Shown here: in pieces, positions 37,725 through 50,817 of the stretch
Layout of the letters: every line of letters begins with the position of its first letter
How positions within the stretch are numbered: the stretch's first letter is position 1
From: Mobula hypostoma
Lineage: Eukaryota
Direction of reading: 5' to 3'
Length of the DNA: 64,000 nt
NCBI RefSeq assembly: GCF_963921235.1
Contig: NC_086097.1
Coordinates: forward strand, 162,132,001-162,196,000
The notes under the pieces: generated by a model
Seen by the model: only the letters and a program-made list of their open reading frames with translations
Databases searched by the model: none
Told to the model about the DNA's origin: nothing
Position numbers and translations under genes: made by a program

Positions 37725-40205
37725 ATGTAGCTTCCAGGCCAAGACATTTCCCACTACTGCTGGACCCCTTGGCTCCCCTTCCCCACCACTACTCCCCAAC
37801 CCTGAGTCTCTCAGGCACCTCTATCAACTCTTGGATCTTCAGAGCTTCCATCTTCCTCACACTCTACCTTTCCTGAACACCTTGACCCTCCTCTCCCTAA
37901 TGCCACCAACTCTTTCCCCCCTCTGATCCCAGCCCTAATCCCTGCCTTGTCTTCACCATTCCCTCCGACCTTCCCCTCTGAGGCAGAATGTTCTGTCCTC
38001 AGCAGGGGCCTTACTTTTGTCTCCCTTTGCCCACACCTTTGTGAGTTCAGTGTCTGCCACAATGCTGAGCTCCTCTTCCATCACCTCTGTCTCCGAGCCC
38101 ACTTCTTCGGCAAGAATTTCCCACCCTGCACTCTCTCTGCACCAATTCCAGCCTCACCATCAAAACCCACAGACAAAGGGGCTACTGTTATAGTATGGTG
38201 GACTGACCTCTACCTTCACCAACCTCATCAAGTCTGGAGATCTCCCATCCACAACCACCAGACTCATTGTTCCCTTACCCTGCTCTGCTCATCTCTTTCT
38301 CCTATCCAAGATCAACAAACTTCACTGTCCAGGTAGGACTATTGTTTCTGCCTGTTCCTGCCACACTGAACTCTTGTCCACATACTTTAACTTCATTTTA
38401 TCCCCCTTGGTTCAGTCCCTTACTACCTATGTCTAAGACACTTCTCATGCTCTTGATCTCCTCAACAACTTGCAGTTCCCTGGCTCTGATTGCCTCATTT
38501 TCACCATGGTTGTCCAGTCTCTATACACTTCTAACCCTCATCAAAAAGACCTCCAGCCTCTCCGTTTCTTTCTTGACAACAGACCTGACCAGTTCTCCAC
38601 CACTACCACCCTCTTCCAACTGGCAGAACTGGTTCTCGCCCTCAACAATTTCTCTTTCAGCTCCTCCCACTTTCTCCAAACTTAAGATGTAGCCATGGGC
38701 ACCCAGATGAGTTCCAGCTATGCTCACTGTTTCATTGGCTATGTAGAACAGTGCATGTTCCAAACCTTCCGTGGTAATGCTCCCCAACTTTTTCTGCTAT
38801 ACATTGATGACTGCATTGGTGCTGTTTCATGTACTTATGTTGAGCTTGTCAATTTCATCCACTTTGCCTCTAACTTTCCCACCGTGTATTCTTTGCTGCC
38901 CTTAAATTCACGTTATCCATTTCTGACACCTCTCTCTCCTTTCTCGATCTGTTTGTTTACATCACTGAAGACAAGCTGTCTCTTGATGTCTTTTATAAGC
39001 CCACCAATTCCCATAGGTACCTTAACTGTATCTCTTTCCACCCTGTCCTTTTTCTTAGTGCCTTTATCTCCATCGTATCTTTTCCCAGGATGAGGCTTTT
39101 CTTTCCTCTTTATTCAAAGAATAGGATTTCCCTTCCTCCAGTATTGATGCTGCCCTCACCCGTATCTCCTCCATTTCCCAGATTTTTGTGCTCACCCCAT
39201 CTTCCCACTGCCCTAACCGGGATAGAGTTCCTCTCGTCCTCACCTACCACCCCAGAAGCTTCTGCATCCAACACAACATTTACTGCAGCTTCAATCATCT
39301 TCAGCAGCACCCTGCCACCAAACACATCTTTACCTCTCTCCTGCACCCCACCCCCCCCCCCCGCATCCCCACACTCCGCCTTCTGCGGGGATTGCTCCAA
39401 TCGTGATTCCATTGTCCATTCATCTCTCCTCACTAATTTCCCTCCTGGCACTTATCCCAGAAAGCGGAAAAAGTGCTACAGCTGCCCATTCACATCCTCG
39501 TTCACCTCCATTCAGAGTCCCAAACAGTCCTTTCAGGTGAGGCAACACTTCACATGCAAACCTTTTGAGATTGTCTATTGTATCTGGTGCTCCCAGTTCG
39601 TCCTTCTCCACATTGGTGAAACCCAACATAGGTTAGGATTCCACCTTGTCGAGCACCTCGGCTCCACCCGCAAAAAGTGGAATTGCCTGGTGGCCAACCA
39701 TTTCAATTCCTATCTCCATTCCCATTCCAACATGTCAGCCCATGGCCTCCTCTTCTGCTACGATGAGGCCACTCTCAGGCAGGAGGAGCAACATCTCATA
39801 TTCTGTCTAGTAAGCCTCCAATCTGATGGCATAAACATCGTTTTCTCCAACTTCTAGTAATTTTTTCCCTTCCTCTTCCCTTTTCTTCATATCCCCACTC
39901 TGGCCCCTTACCTCTTCTCACTTCCCTTTCTCCCATGATCCAATCAGATTCCTTATTCTCCAGCCCTTTGTCCTTTCCACTTATCACCTCTCGCGCCCCC
40001 CCCCCCCAGCTTGTCCACCCACCTGGTTTCACCTATCACCTTCGAGCTTGTCCTCCTGCTCCTACTCCCCTAACCTTCTTATTCTGGCTTCTTCCCCTTC
40101 CTTTCCAGTCCTAATGCAGGGTCTCACTGGAAACATCAACTGTTTATTCATTTCCACAGAAGCTGAATGACCTGCTGAGTTCCTCCAGCATTTTGAGTGT
40201 GTTGA
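37725..40205 (+). mobile_element. Penelope-like element, largest copy (RT plus GIY-YIG), heavily decayed
   Basis: LSRGLTF, PTDKG, MVVQSLYT, LALNNFSF, AMGT, YIDD, then GTYP...IVYCIWC...IGETQHRL...EH. Confidence 0.9.
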
Positions 40206-40774
40206 TCTTGAGTAGAACTTGCAGAGTTAACTGCCAAACTGCTGTACAATATGACAGCAAATTTCATTTTTTGCAGCAATTAACTAAACAACTAATGGTT
40301 AAGATTCCCAAGTCCATTATGTCTTATAGTTATAATAACCTGATATATTTTAATAGATGGAGTTGGAGCATTTGTAACTACTAAACTTTTTAGTTTATTA
40401 CTTTGCATTGTAGCTTTCAACTTGGCTGAAAGAAATGAACATAAAAATAGGGACTTGTGTTGTGTACGTGGCCATTTACACAACAATATCGTTAATAAAA
40501 ATGCTTGAGGCTGGAGCAAAGTTAACAGGGGCTTTTACTTACGGAACCCGAACTGAACACATATATACAGATCAATACGCGCCTAATAGCGCATGCTCAA
40601 TAACGTGTTACTACGACATAAAATAGTCCCATATTGTACAGTAGGCTATATGGTACACTTCTCCCCTTTTATTTTAAAAGTGTGTCAATTTTTTTTTAGG
40701 GGCACTACGCTAAACAAATACAGTACAGTATATGTACCCTTAATATACAAACGCCTTCAAACGCCTGGCATTCA

Positions 40775-41376
40775 TAGCAAGAGGATTTGAGTACAGGAGC
40801 AGGGAGGTACTACTGCAGTTGACAAGGCCTTGGTGAGATCACACCTGGAGTATTGTGTGCAGTTTTGGTCCCCAAATCTGAGGAAAGACATCCTTGCCAT
40901 AGAGGGAGTACAAAGAAGGTTCACCAGATTGTTTCCTGGGATGGTAGGACTTTCATATGATGAAAGACTGGATCGACTAGGCTTATACTCGTTGGAATTT
41001 AGAAGATTGAGGGGGGATCTTATTGAAACATATAAAATCCTAAAGGGATTGGACAGGCTAGATGCAGGAAGATTGTTCCCAATGTTGGGGAAGTCCAGAA
41101 CGAGGGGTCACAGTTTGAGGATAAAGGGGAAGCCTTTTAGGACCGAGATGAGGAAAAACTTCTTCACACAGAGAGTGGTGAATCTGTGGAATTCTCTGCC
41201 ACAGGAAACAGTTGAGGCCAGTCCATTGGCTATATTTAAGAAGGAGTTAGATATGACCCTTGTGGCTAAAGGGATCAGGGGGTATGGGGGGAAGGCTGGT
41301 ACAGGGTTCTGAGTTGGATGATCAGGCTTGAAGGGCCGAATGGCCTAGTCCTGCACCTATTTTCTATGTTTCTATG
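40775..41376 (+). mobile_element. Young CR1 3' fragment inserted in the Gypsy element
   Basis: ORF 40830 is nearly identical to the C-terminus of the CR1 at 7586-9038. tttctatg tail. Confidence 0.9.
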
Positions 41377-44300
41377 CCCACCAACTGTTTAATTAGTAAC
41401 TTAATAATATGAAATTATAACAAAGTAAATAATAATTATTGTAATAATTACAACTGAAGTCTCAGGGTGCGGGACGGGGGGCTTTCCCTGCCTCTCTGGG
41501 TAATGTCTGCCCTGCAACGTTTGATTTGGGGATGAGTTTCCACAGGTACATCAGGTGGGTCCTCAGCACCGATGACAGGCTTATCTGTGGGCGAGGCTGA
41601 TGTGGTCACATCAGGAGTGTTTGCTTCTATGTCCGGGGAGTCAGGGCAAGATATTGTTGTATTTTTCACCTGACCATTCAGGATTTGATCCACATGACGT
41701 GCTTCTATGTCATGGGAGTCCAGGCAAGGCGGTGTTGAGTTTTTCACCTGAGCATCCAGGATTTGATCCACATGATGTCTCCATACATTCTCTCCCACCT
41801 GTAATCTATACATCAGTGGCCCACCTATGGCGGAAGTTACACCCGGCTGCCACTTTTCAGTCCAGTAATCCTGTGCAAGAACTGACTGTCCCACATTGAA
41901 GCTCTGTGTTGACTTAGCATTCAAGTGTTTGAACAGTCTGTTCTCTACGTTCCACTGTACATTTGGCTTGAGAAGTTCCATGCGGGACCTCAGGTTCCTG
42001 TTCAGAAACATCATCGCTGGAGTCTGGTTAGTGGTTGCATGTACTGCATTACGATAGGCAAGGAGGAAGCTGTCTACCTTGTGTTGTAGTGGTTGATTTT
42101 CACTGTCCCTTGCCTTGAGACCTTTCTTGAATGTCTGTTCAAATCTTTCTGCCAAGCCATTTGCGGATGGATGGTAAGAAGCTGATGTAAAGTGCTTGAT
42201 TCCATTGTTCTTCACAAAACTTTCGAATTCTTCAGACACAAATTGTCATCCATTGTCTGTGCAGATTTGCTGTGGTATGCCATTCCTGACGAACATGGTC
42301 CTCAGCACTGTAATAACCTTTTCCGATGTGGTTGTCTTCATTTTGATGAGCTCTGGCCGTTTGGAATGTGCATCAACGGCGATTAAAAAGATAAGAGTCC
42401 ATGAATGGTCCAGCAAAGTCAATGTGCACTCGCTGCCATGGTGATGAGGGCCACACCCACGGATGGAGAGGGGCTTGTGGTGGTGTGTTCTGGATCTTTT
42501 GACATCCAGAGCAGTTCTTGGTCACGTCCTCAATTTGTTTATCGATTCCTGGCCACCACACATAGGCATGGCAAGACCTTTCATCTTCACTGTACCCAGG
42601 TGCCCCTTGTGCAGTTCCTCCAGCACTCTGGTGCGTAGCTTGGGAGGAATCACAACTCGTGAACCACACATTAGTGTTCCCCGACACACTGACAACTGCT
42701 CCTTCTTGGCTGAGAAGGCTGGAAACAACAGTGTGTTACCCCACACTGGCCACCCCTTTACCGTGATGTCATACACTTTTGACAATGTAGGGTCATTGCG
42801 TGTTTCTCTTTCAATGAGGCTGTTTGTTACTGGTAATTGTTCAACTATTGTTGTGTGAAAGACCTCTGCAGAATCCATTTGCGTAGTTACCTCGGAAGTG
42901 GGCAGTGGTAAACATGACAAACCATCTGTGTTGCCCTGTTGCTTGGTCACCTTGTGTTCGATGTTGTACCTGTGACCTCCTAAGAAAAGGGACCATCTCT
43001 GTAGCCTTTGTGCTATCATCACTGGAACGCCTTTTCTTGGATTGAAGATTGACATGACCGGCTGATGGTCAGTCAACAGAGTGAACTTTTGGCCATACAG
43101 GTAGTGACTAAATTTCTTGACTCCCCACACAAGGCTTAGGGCCTCTCTGTCAATCCTTGCATAGTTGCGTTCAGCTGAAGTTAGCATTCTTGAGCAAAGG
43201 CTATTGGTCTTTCAGAGCCATCAGGAAACTTGTGCAGTAACACAGCTCCTATCCCATGGGGCGAGGCATCACAAACTAGTCGGATAGGTAAGGAGGAGTC
43301 AAAGTACACGAGCACTCCATCTGAAGTTATGAGTCTTTTAGTTTCTTGAAACACTTTCTCACAGCTCTCAGTCCACTTCCATTGTGTCCCTGCCTGTTAA
43401 TAATGCATTTAGTGGGTGTAGGACTGTGGATAGGTTAGGCAAGAACTTATGGTGGTAGTTCACTAGACCAAGACATGCTCTCAGCTGAGACACATTTTCA
43501 GGTGGTGGTGCCTTAAGCACCACTTCTATCTTGTCTTGAGACATGTGTAAGCCATCCTTGTTGATCACATGCCCACAGTATGAAATTTCCTTTTTGAAAA
43601 ACTCACATTTCTGTCGATTAGCTCTGGGCCCATATTCTCATAACCTGGTGAGCACTTGTTTTAGGTTAGAAAGAAGTTCGTCGTCATCTTTGCCAGTGAC
43701 AATGATGTCATCCAGGTAACTGAGTCCCTGGAATCCCCTGAAGAACCTGGTCCATTGCAGGCGCTGGTGCTATCCCAAACACCAACCTGTTGTACTGGTA
43801 AAGTCCTTTGTGTGTTTTTATTGTCAGGTATTTCTTCGATGCTTCCTCGATTTCCATTTGAAGGTAAGCCTGGGTCAAATCAATTTTTGAATAAAGTTTC
43901 CCTCCTGATAGGGAAGCAAAAATGTCCTCAATACGAGGTAGAGGATACTGTACTGTGCGGAGAACTGGGTTAACAGTCACTGTAAAGTCACCACATAAGC
44001 ACACCTTGCTTGGTTTTCCTGCTTTTGTGCTGGAGGTTTTCTTCATCACCGGAACAATAGGCGTGGCCCATTCACTCCAATCCACCTTTAACAGGACCCC
44101 AGTCTGCTCCAGATTTTTCAGCTCTGCCTCTACTGTAGGATGGATTGCATATGGCACTGGCCTGGCTTTGTGAAATTTTGGACATGCATTTTCCTCAATC
44201 TTAATCTTTGCTTTCATGCCCCGAAGTGTTCCTGTTCCTTTCATGAACACTTCCTCAGAATCAGCAAGTATTTGCAACAGTCTCTTAGATGTAGCTTTGC

Positions 44301-45336
44301 TGCCCTCCTTTGCTGACACATTTAGTGCCTTGATGGTGTGCCAATCCAACTGAATTTTCCTGAGCCATTCACGTTCCAGCAACGGTGGTCCTCCATTTTT
44401 CAGTACATAGAGGTTCAGTTGCTGTGTTTTACCTCCGTGGGTCACTGTCACTTTCATTTTGCCTTCGGTATGCACTTTCTGTCCTGTGTAAGTCTTTAGC
44501 AGTAGTTTAGTTCGTTTCAGAGGTATGTGTGAAAACAGTGGTTTTTAGTCGCTTACAGAGATTACTGTTAAGGTTGAACCTGTGCCCAACTCCATTTTCA
44601 GTTTCACGCCTGCCACTTGTGGAGTGATCCATATTACTCTTCGATCATCTGTCTCTTCCACACTGTGGAGTGGCAGACAAGACAATTCACTTTTGTCTGA
44701 GTCATTTTCATCAGAATTGCTTTCTTTCATTTTGTGCACATTGTTGTACTTTCCTTTCTGGGGTTTCTTGTTTCTCTGTATTTTGCCCTTTTCCAGCTTG
44801 CCAGTGTGGCCCTGTTTAGCACAGTTTCGGCATCCTTTATCTTTAAACCAACAACCACCAGGGTCATGTTACCTGTTCCCACAACGGTAACATTTCTTTC
44901 CTTTATTTCTGCACAGTGACATTTTATTCGTAGCATATTCCAGAGATTTTTGTTGTATCTCTGAAGCACCTCATGTGGCTGTTTCTAATGATATTGAGAT
45001 GTTTAGTGCTTTCTCAAATGTAAAGCCTTTTTCACACAGGAGCTTCTTTTGTGTAGTTTCACAGTACATACCGCACACTAACCTATCCCTCAATGTGCCT
45101 GATCGACCGGCTCCAAATTGACAATGTTCTGATAATTAGCGCAATTCAGCACAATATTCAGAAATGCTTTCATTTTTGCTCTGATTCCGTTTATGGAATT
45201 TAAATCTTTCAGCAATGACCAACGGTTTGGGGTTTAAATGCTGTTGGAGAGAGTCTACTATTTGTCCGCTGGCTTTTCAGGAGTTAACAAACTCCGTTAT
45301 TGAGCATGCGGTATATTTTTGTGCCCGTTACACTAA

Positions 45337-46110
45337 GGCTACATCCACACCAGACCAGATAAATCTGTAACCGAAACTTTTTCTTTTCATTTTGACCCTC
45401 CGTCCACACTGAAACGGCGTTTTCCTCCCCCGAAAACGGAGCTTTTCTAAAACGCTCTCCAGAGTGTTTAAATCTGAAAACGCCGGTTGGCCGTTGTAGT
45501 GTGTACGGGGTAACCGGCTAATTTTAAAACCTCTGTCATGACGTGTCAGAACAAATGGTGGCGGCAGCACGGCATTTCATTGTTTTCTTGAACACAACCT
45601 CCAACACCACAACAACAATATCTGACAATAGATGTGTAACATCCTATCGTAACATTGTATGGAAATACAAGATAACACTGATGCAGACATGTTTTATACA
45701 TTTAACAAGGTGCTTTATTAACGTATTGCTTATGCAAACATTCAATAGATGCAATTTTCACTTTTGCCCAGTAACAAGCCTTATCGCATTTAGTTGTAGC
45801 TGTCATCCCTTTCATCGGTGAAGAGACTATGGCTGTAGGAAATGTTTCTGGACAAACGCGCACCAAGTCTTTCGTTTGGCAATTTCCTTTTAAGTTTTTC
45901 TAGTCTGTAACTGGACAAACGCACACCAAGTATACCGTTCCCTGTTTGCTTGTTTTCTGTGTGTCCTGCGCATGCCCAGTAGGAGGAGATTCGCCCAAAT
46001 ATCCATTTAACGTGGACAGAGGTATTTTCAAAAACGCCTAGTGTGGACGCCTGTCGTTTTTACGCGAAACCGGCGTTTTCAAAATTATCCTGGCTAGTGT
46101 GAACGTAGCC
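45337..46110. mobile_element. PIF/Harbinger-like non-autonomous DNA transposon inserted in Gypsy gag
   Basis: TIRs GGCTACATCCACACCAG / CTAGTGTGAACGTAGCC, flanked by TAA/TTA. Repeated internal tccacact/agtgtgga motifs; CpG-rich. Confidence 0.7.
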
Positions 46111-47812
46111 TTAGGCTGACTTTCTTTTCTGCGTTTAAGGTCGTTAGCATCATAAGGTAATTCTGTTCTTTCACTATAATTTGCCCAGTCTTCAATGCCA
46201 TTATCAGATGCTATAATGGTTCCAATTAACTCCATCCTTGTTGTGTTAATTTATCCTTGTTATGTAAATTTAGCCCCAGTCCCTTGTTTTCCTTTTGACT
46301 CACGTGACCTTTTTTTTGCTAGGGTCACGAGCGTACTCTGGCTAGATGTGTGCGTCGCTCCTTTTTTTTTATCCCCCTTCTGAGGCAGGCAGCCCCTCAG
46401 CCCTGGGGTTCAGCGCCAGCTGTGGTCTCACTTGGACGCACCACGGCTCCGACTGTGTCTTTTAGTCTCCCGATGTTCCCGACTCCGGCTGAACTCCTGC
46501 TGCTTTTCGGACTCGCGACCTTGCTCTCTTCTTCTGATGTCGTTATCACTTATAACATGGCATTCATTAACCTCGTTGCCAATTTGTTGTGTATGTGGCT
46601 GTTTACACAACAATAATAAAAACACTAGAGACTGGAGCTAAGTTAACAGGAGCTTTTACTTACGGAACCCAAACTGAACACGCATATACCGATCAATATG
46701 CGCCTAATAGCGCATGCTCAATAACGTGTTACTACAAGATAAAATAGTCCCATATTATACAGTAGGCTATATGGTACACCTTGGTATCAAGGCTTCCATT
46801 CCAGATTTGGGTTCCAAGGTAGCCAGTGAGAAATGTTGGAACAGTTGGGGGTCCGAGAGAAGGAACAGGTGAAGCCTGACTGGGTTGGTGCTTGGTCTTA
46901 AAGATGGTGCTCCTAACATTTTAATGTGCTCCCAGTAGATGGACTTGAAGTTCTTAATACTATACCACCCTCAAAGCTCCTGCTGCATTTTGAGCAGTCA
47001 CTGACTATGAATTCCAGCCTTTTATGAGCAATGAAAATCCACATACATAATATGTTGTCAGTGATAGCACACCCATTGGGAAATCTTCCATATTCGGGCA
47101 ATAAAGTCTGTGACAAAAGCTTGCATCCACTTCAGTAAGCACATTTTCAAGGTCAAAATCTATCAGTGAATCTTTTTAAAAAGAGTATGGATGAAGCCTA
47201 ATTTGAACAAAAAGAACTATGGGAGTTTTCAGGAGATGCATAATAAATGGCTGATAGAGCAAATACTGATGCAGTGATATTGAAACCCTTGCCCACAGTC
47301 TGAATTCTTTTTCTAATTTTTCCTCCTTTGAAGTGCTCTAAAACTTCCTTTCATTTCTTGTGACATTACCTTGATTTGGGGCCCCATTTTTATCTTCTGA
47401 CAGTTTTGTGAAAGGATTTAGGTATTTTTTGAATGCACAGTGGTGCAGCAAGTAGAACTGCTGCCACACAGCTCCAGCAACCCACATCTCAATAATATGT
47501 TGCTAATGTAATTTATTGTATCCAATTAACCTTAATGAAGCTAGGTATAGAGAAATCAGAAGAAGAGGCATGTGAGAGAGTGTTTTGCTGGGAAGTAGTA
47601 GGGGGAATGGGGTTGATGGGTGGTAAGATTGCTCTGAATGGCCACCTTTGGTGGACTTCGGCCACTTTGGTCTGTCAAACCCCATTGCTCTATACATGTT
47701 TGAAAGAAGACATGTTTTGAACTGTTGGCATTTTCCTCAGTTATTGATATCAAGTTATTGTTAAAAGCAGTTTGTTTTTCTGATTATAGTTGAAATACAT
47801 TTTCCCTTTCAG

Positions 47813-47924
47813 TACAATATTGGAAGAAGAGAAAATGCAGCAAGAAGAACGAATGAGAATGGAGCAGAGGCGGCAGATCACAGTTTCCTGGGATTCTGGT
47901 GGATCAGATGAAGCCCCGCCAAAG
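47813..47924 (+). CDS. PTK2: PTK2/FAK coding exon after the kinase domain, containing the FRNK-equivalent start Met
   Basis: tttccctttcag| acceptor. In phase with the previous exon (AG+T=Ser). Encodes (S)TILEEEKMQQEERMRMEQRRQITVSWDSGGSDEAPPK (human STILEEEKAQQEERMRMESRRQATVSWDSGGSDEAPPK). Donor aag|gtacag. Not in the ORF track. Confidence 0.97.
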
Positions 47925-48479
47925 GTACAGGCTTGGCTATTTTAAAATACCTGATCAGTATTGTGTACCAGTATTCTGGTATTGTTTAATTCCAGGTTTA
48001 ACATAGTGCAGCTTTTCAAATACAGTGGTCTCTATGGCTGTATGACTATGACTCCTATTAACTGTTTTGATGTATAAACATGAAATAATTTAAATGTAAA
48101 TTTGTATGTGCTACTATTTCACATATAATTTTTGCAATACTAGTGACTTCAGGTTTGGTTATGTGCATAATTTTGAATGATTCAGTTGTATATCTCACAT
48201 GCTGTTTGCTTAGGTTTGGATTGAGAACAGTGGCTAAGAGATGTGTATTGTATTCAACATAATGAAATTTCCCCAGGTATCAATCAGATTATCAAACAAA
48301 TTTGACCTAAAGCCCTGATGTTAACGTAGGTGGCTTAAAGATTTGATTAAATGAATACGTTTGATGGAGTATTTTAAAAGTGAGAAGAGAAGTCAGAGAA
48401 TTCATGGGGCAGGCTCTAGAGCTAAGGACTTTGATAGCAAAGGAAGGCACCTTTAAGCTATTAAACACCTTTAATAGCT

Positions 48480-49128
48480 AATGGCATGCTGGCTTTCATA
48501 ACAAGGGGAATTGAGTATAAGAGCAAAGAGGTCCTTCTGCAGCTGTACAGGGCCCTGGTGAGACCATACCTGGAATACTGTGTGCAGTTTTGGTCTCCAA
48601 ATTTGAGGAAGGACATTCTTGCTATTGAGGGAGTGCAGCGTAGGTTCACAAGGTTAATTCCCGGGATGGTGGGACTGTCATATGTCGAAAGATTGGAGCG
48701 ACTGGGCTTGTATACTCTGGAATTTAGAAGGCTGAGAGGGGATCTTACTGAAACATATAAGATTATTAAGGGATTGGACACGCTGGAGGCAGGAAGCATG
48801 TTCCCGCTGATGGGTGAGTCCAGAACCAGAGGCCACAGTTTAAGAATTAGGGATAGGCCATTTAGAACGGAGTTGAGGAAAAACTTTTTCACCCAGAGAG
48901 TAGTGGGTATATGGAATGCTCTGCCCCAGAAGGCTGTGGAGGCCAAGTCTCTGGATGCTTTCAAGAAAGAGATGGATAGAGCTCTTAAAGATAGCGGAAT
49001 CAAAGGTTATGGGGATAAGGCAGGAACTGGATACTGATTGTGGATGATCAGCCATGAACACAGTGAATGGCAGTGCTGGCTCAAAGGACCGAATGGCCTA
49101 CTCCTGCACCTATTGTGTATTGTCTATT
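48480..49128 (+). mobile_element. CR1 3' fragment
   Basis: ORF 48486 MLAFITRGIEYKSKEV...LEYCVQFWSP...WNALP. (tattgtc)n-like tail. Confidence 0.9.
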
Positions 49129-49228
49129 TACTAATCATTAACTGAATAAACTGGGGTATGTGAAAGGCAACATACATCAAAGTTGCTGGTGAACGCAGCA
49201 GGCCAAGCAGCATCTATAGGAAGAGGCG

Positions 49229-49266
49229 CAGTCGACGTTTCAGGCCGAGACCCTTCGTCAGGACTA
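49229..49266 (-). ncRNA. Minimal type I hammerhead ribozyme motif
   Basis: Reverse complement tagtc CTGACGA agg gtctcgg cct GAAA cg TC gactg. Confidence 0.8.
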
Positions 49267-50779
49267 ACTGAAGGAAGAGTGAGTAAGGGATTTGAAAGCT
49301 GGAGGGGGAGGGGGAGATGCAAAATGATAGGAGAAGACAGGAGGGGGAGGGATAGAGCCGAGAGCTGGACAGGTGATAGGCAAAAGGGGATACGAGAGGA
49401 TCATGGGACAGGAGGCCTAGGGAGAAAGACGGGGGGGGGGGTGACCCAGAGGATGGGCAAGAGATATATTCAGAGGGACAGAGGGAGAAAAAGGAGAGTG
49501 AGAGAAAGAATGTGTGCATAAAAATGAGTAACAGCTGGGGTACGAGGGGGAGGTGGGGCCTAGCGGAAGTTAGAGAAGTCAATGTTCATGCCATCAGGTT
49601 GGAGGCTACCCAGACGGAATATAAGGTGTTGTTCCTCCAACCTGAGTGTGGCTTCATCTTTACAGCAGAGGAGGCCGTGGATAGACATGTCAGAATGGGA
49701 ATGGGATGTGGAATTAAAATGTGTGGCCACTGGGAGATCCTGCTTTCTCTGGCGGACAGAGCGTAGATGTTCAGCAAAGCGGTATCCCAGTCTGCGTCGG
49801 GTCTCACCAATATATAAAAGGCCACATCGGGAGCACCGGACGCAGTATATCACCCCAGTCGACTCACAGGTGAAGTGATGCCTCACCTGGAAGGACTGTT
49901 TGGGGCCCTGAATGGTGGTAAGGGAGGAAGTGTAAGGGCATGTGTAGCACTTGTTCCGCTTACACGGATAAGTGCCAGGAGGGAGATCAGTAGGGAGGGA
50001 TGGGGGGGACGAATGGACAAACTCCCTTGTCCATTCGTCCCCCCCATCCCTCCCTACTGATCTCCCTCCTGGCACTTATCCGTGTAAGCGGAACAAGTGC
50101 TACACATGCCCTTACACTTCCTCCCTTACCACCATTCAGGGCCCCAAACAGTCCTTCCAGGTGAGGCATCACTTCACCTGTGAGTCGACTGGGGTGATAT
50201 ACTGCGTCCGGTGCTCCCGATGTGGCCTTTTATATATTGGTGAGACCCGACGCAGACTGGGAGACCGCTTTGCTGAACATCTACGCTCTGTCCGCCAGAG
50301 AAAGCAGGATCTCCCAGTGGCCACACATTTTAATTCCACATCCCATTCCCATTCTGACATGTCTATCCACGGCCTCCTCTACTGTAAAGATGAAGCCACA
50401 CTCAGGTTGGAGGAACAACACCTTATATTCCGTCTGGGTAGCCTCCAACCTGATGGCATGAACATTGACTTCTCTAACTTCCGCTAGGCCCCACCTCCCC
50501 CTCGTACCCCAGCTGTTACTCATTTTTATGCACACATTCTTTCTCTCACTCTCCTTTTTCTCCCTCTGTCCCTCTGAATATACCTCTTGCCCATCCTCTG
50601 GGTCACCCCCCCCCCGTCTTTCTCCCTAGGCCTCCTGTCCCATGATCCTCTCGTATCCCCTTTTGCCTATCACCTGTCCAGCTCTCGGCTCTATCCCTCC
50701 CCCTCCTGTCTTCTCCTATCATTTTGCATCTCCCCCTCCCCCTCCAGCTTTCAAATCCCTTACTCACTCTTCCTTCAGT

Positions 50780-50817
50780 TAGTCCTGACGAAGGGTCTCG
50801 GCCTGAAACGTCGACTG
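50780..50817 (+). ncRNA. Minimal type I hammerhead ribozyme motif (sense to PTK2)
   Basis: tagtc CTGACGA agg gtctcgg cct GAAA cg TC gactg. Confidence 0.8.

Larger units (their letters stand above)
40458..46778 (-). mobile_element. Ty3/Gypsy (Mag-type) LTR retrotransposon, full-length but decayed
   Basis: LTRs 40458-40657 and 46585-46778 (TG...CA). PBS TGGCAACGAGG next to the right LTR, polypurine tract next to the left LTR, 5-bp TSD acttg/ccttg. Gag Zn knuckles ~44800-44890; RT (WATPIVPV, YPLPRIED), RNase H (ERNYA..DREAL, TDHQP), integrase (WWPGID, PWQRVHIDFAGP, NGLAER). Confidence 0.93.

Noticed and set aside
49560..50487. Two overlapping 171-aa GIY-YIG ORFs as a divergent gene pair
   Set aside because: They are a product of the palindrome. 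Each N-terminus is read from the opposite arm, and there is no RT or promoter evidence.
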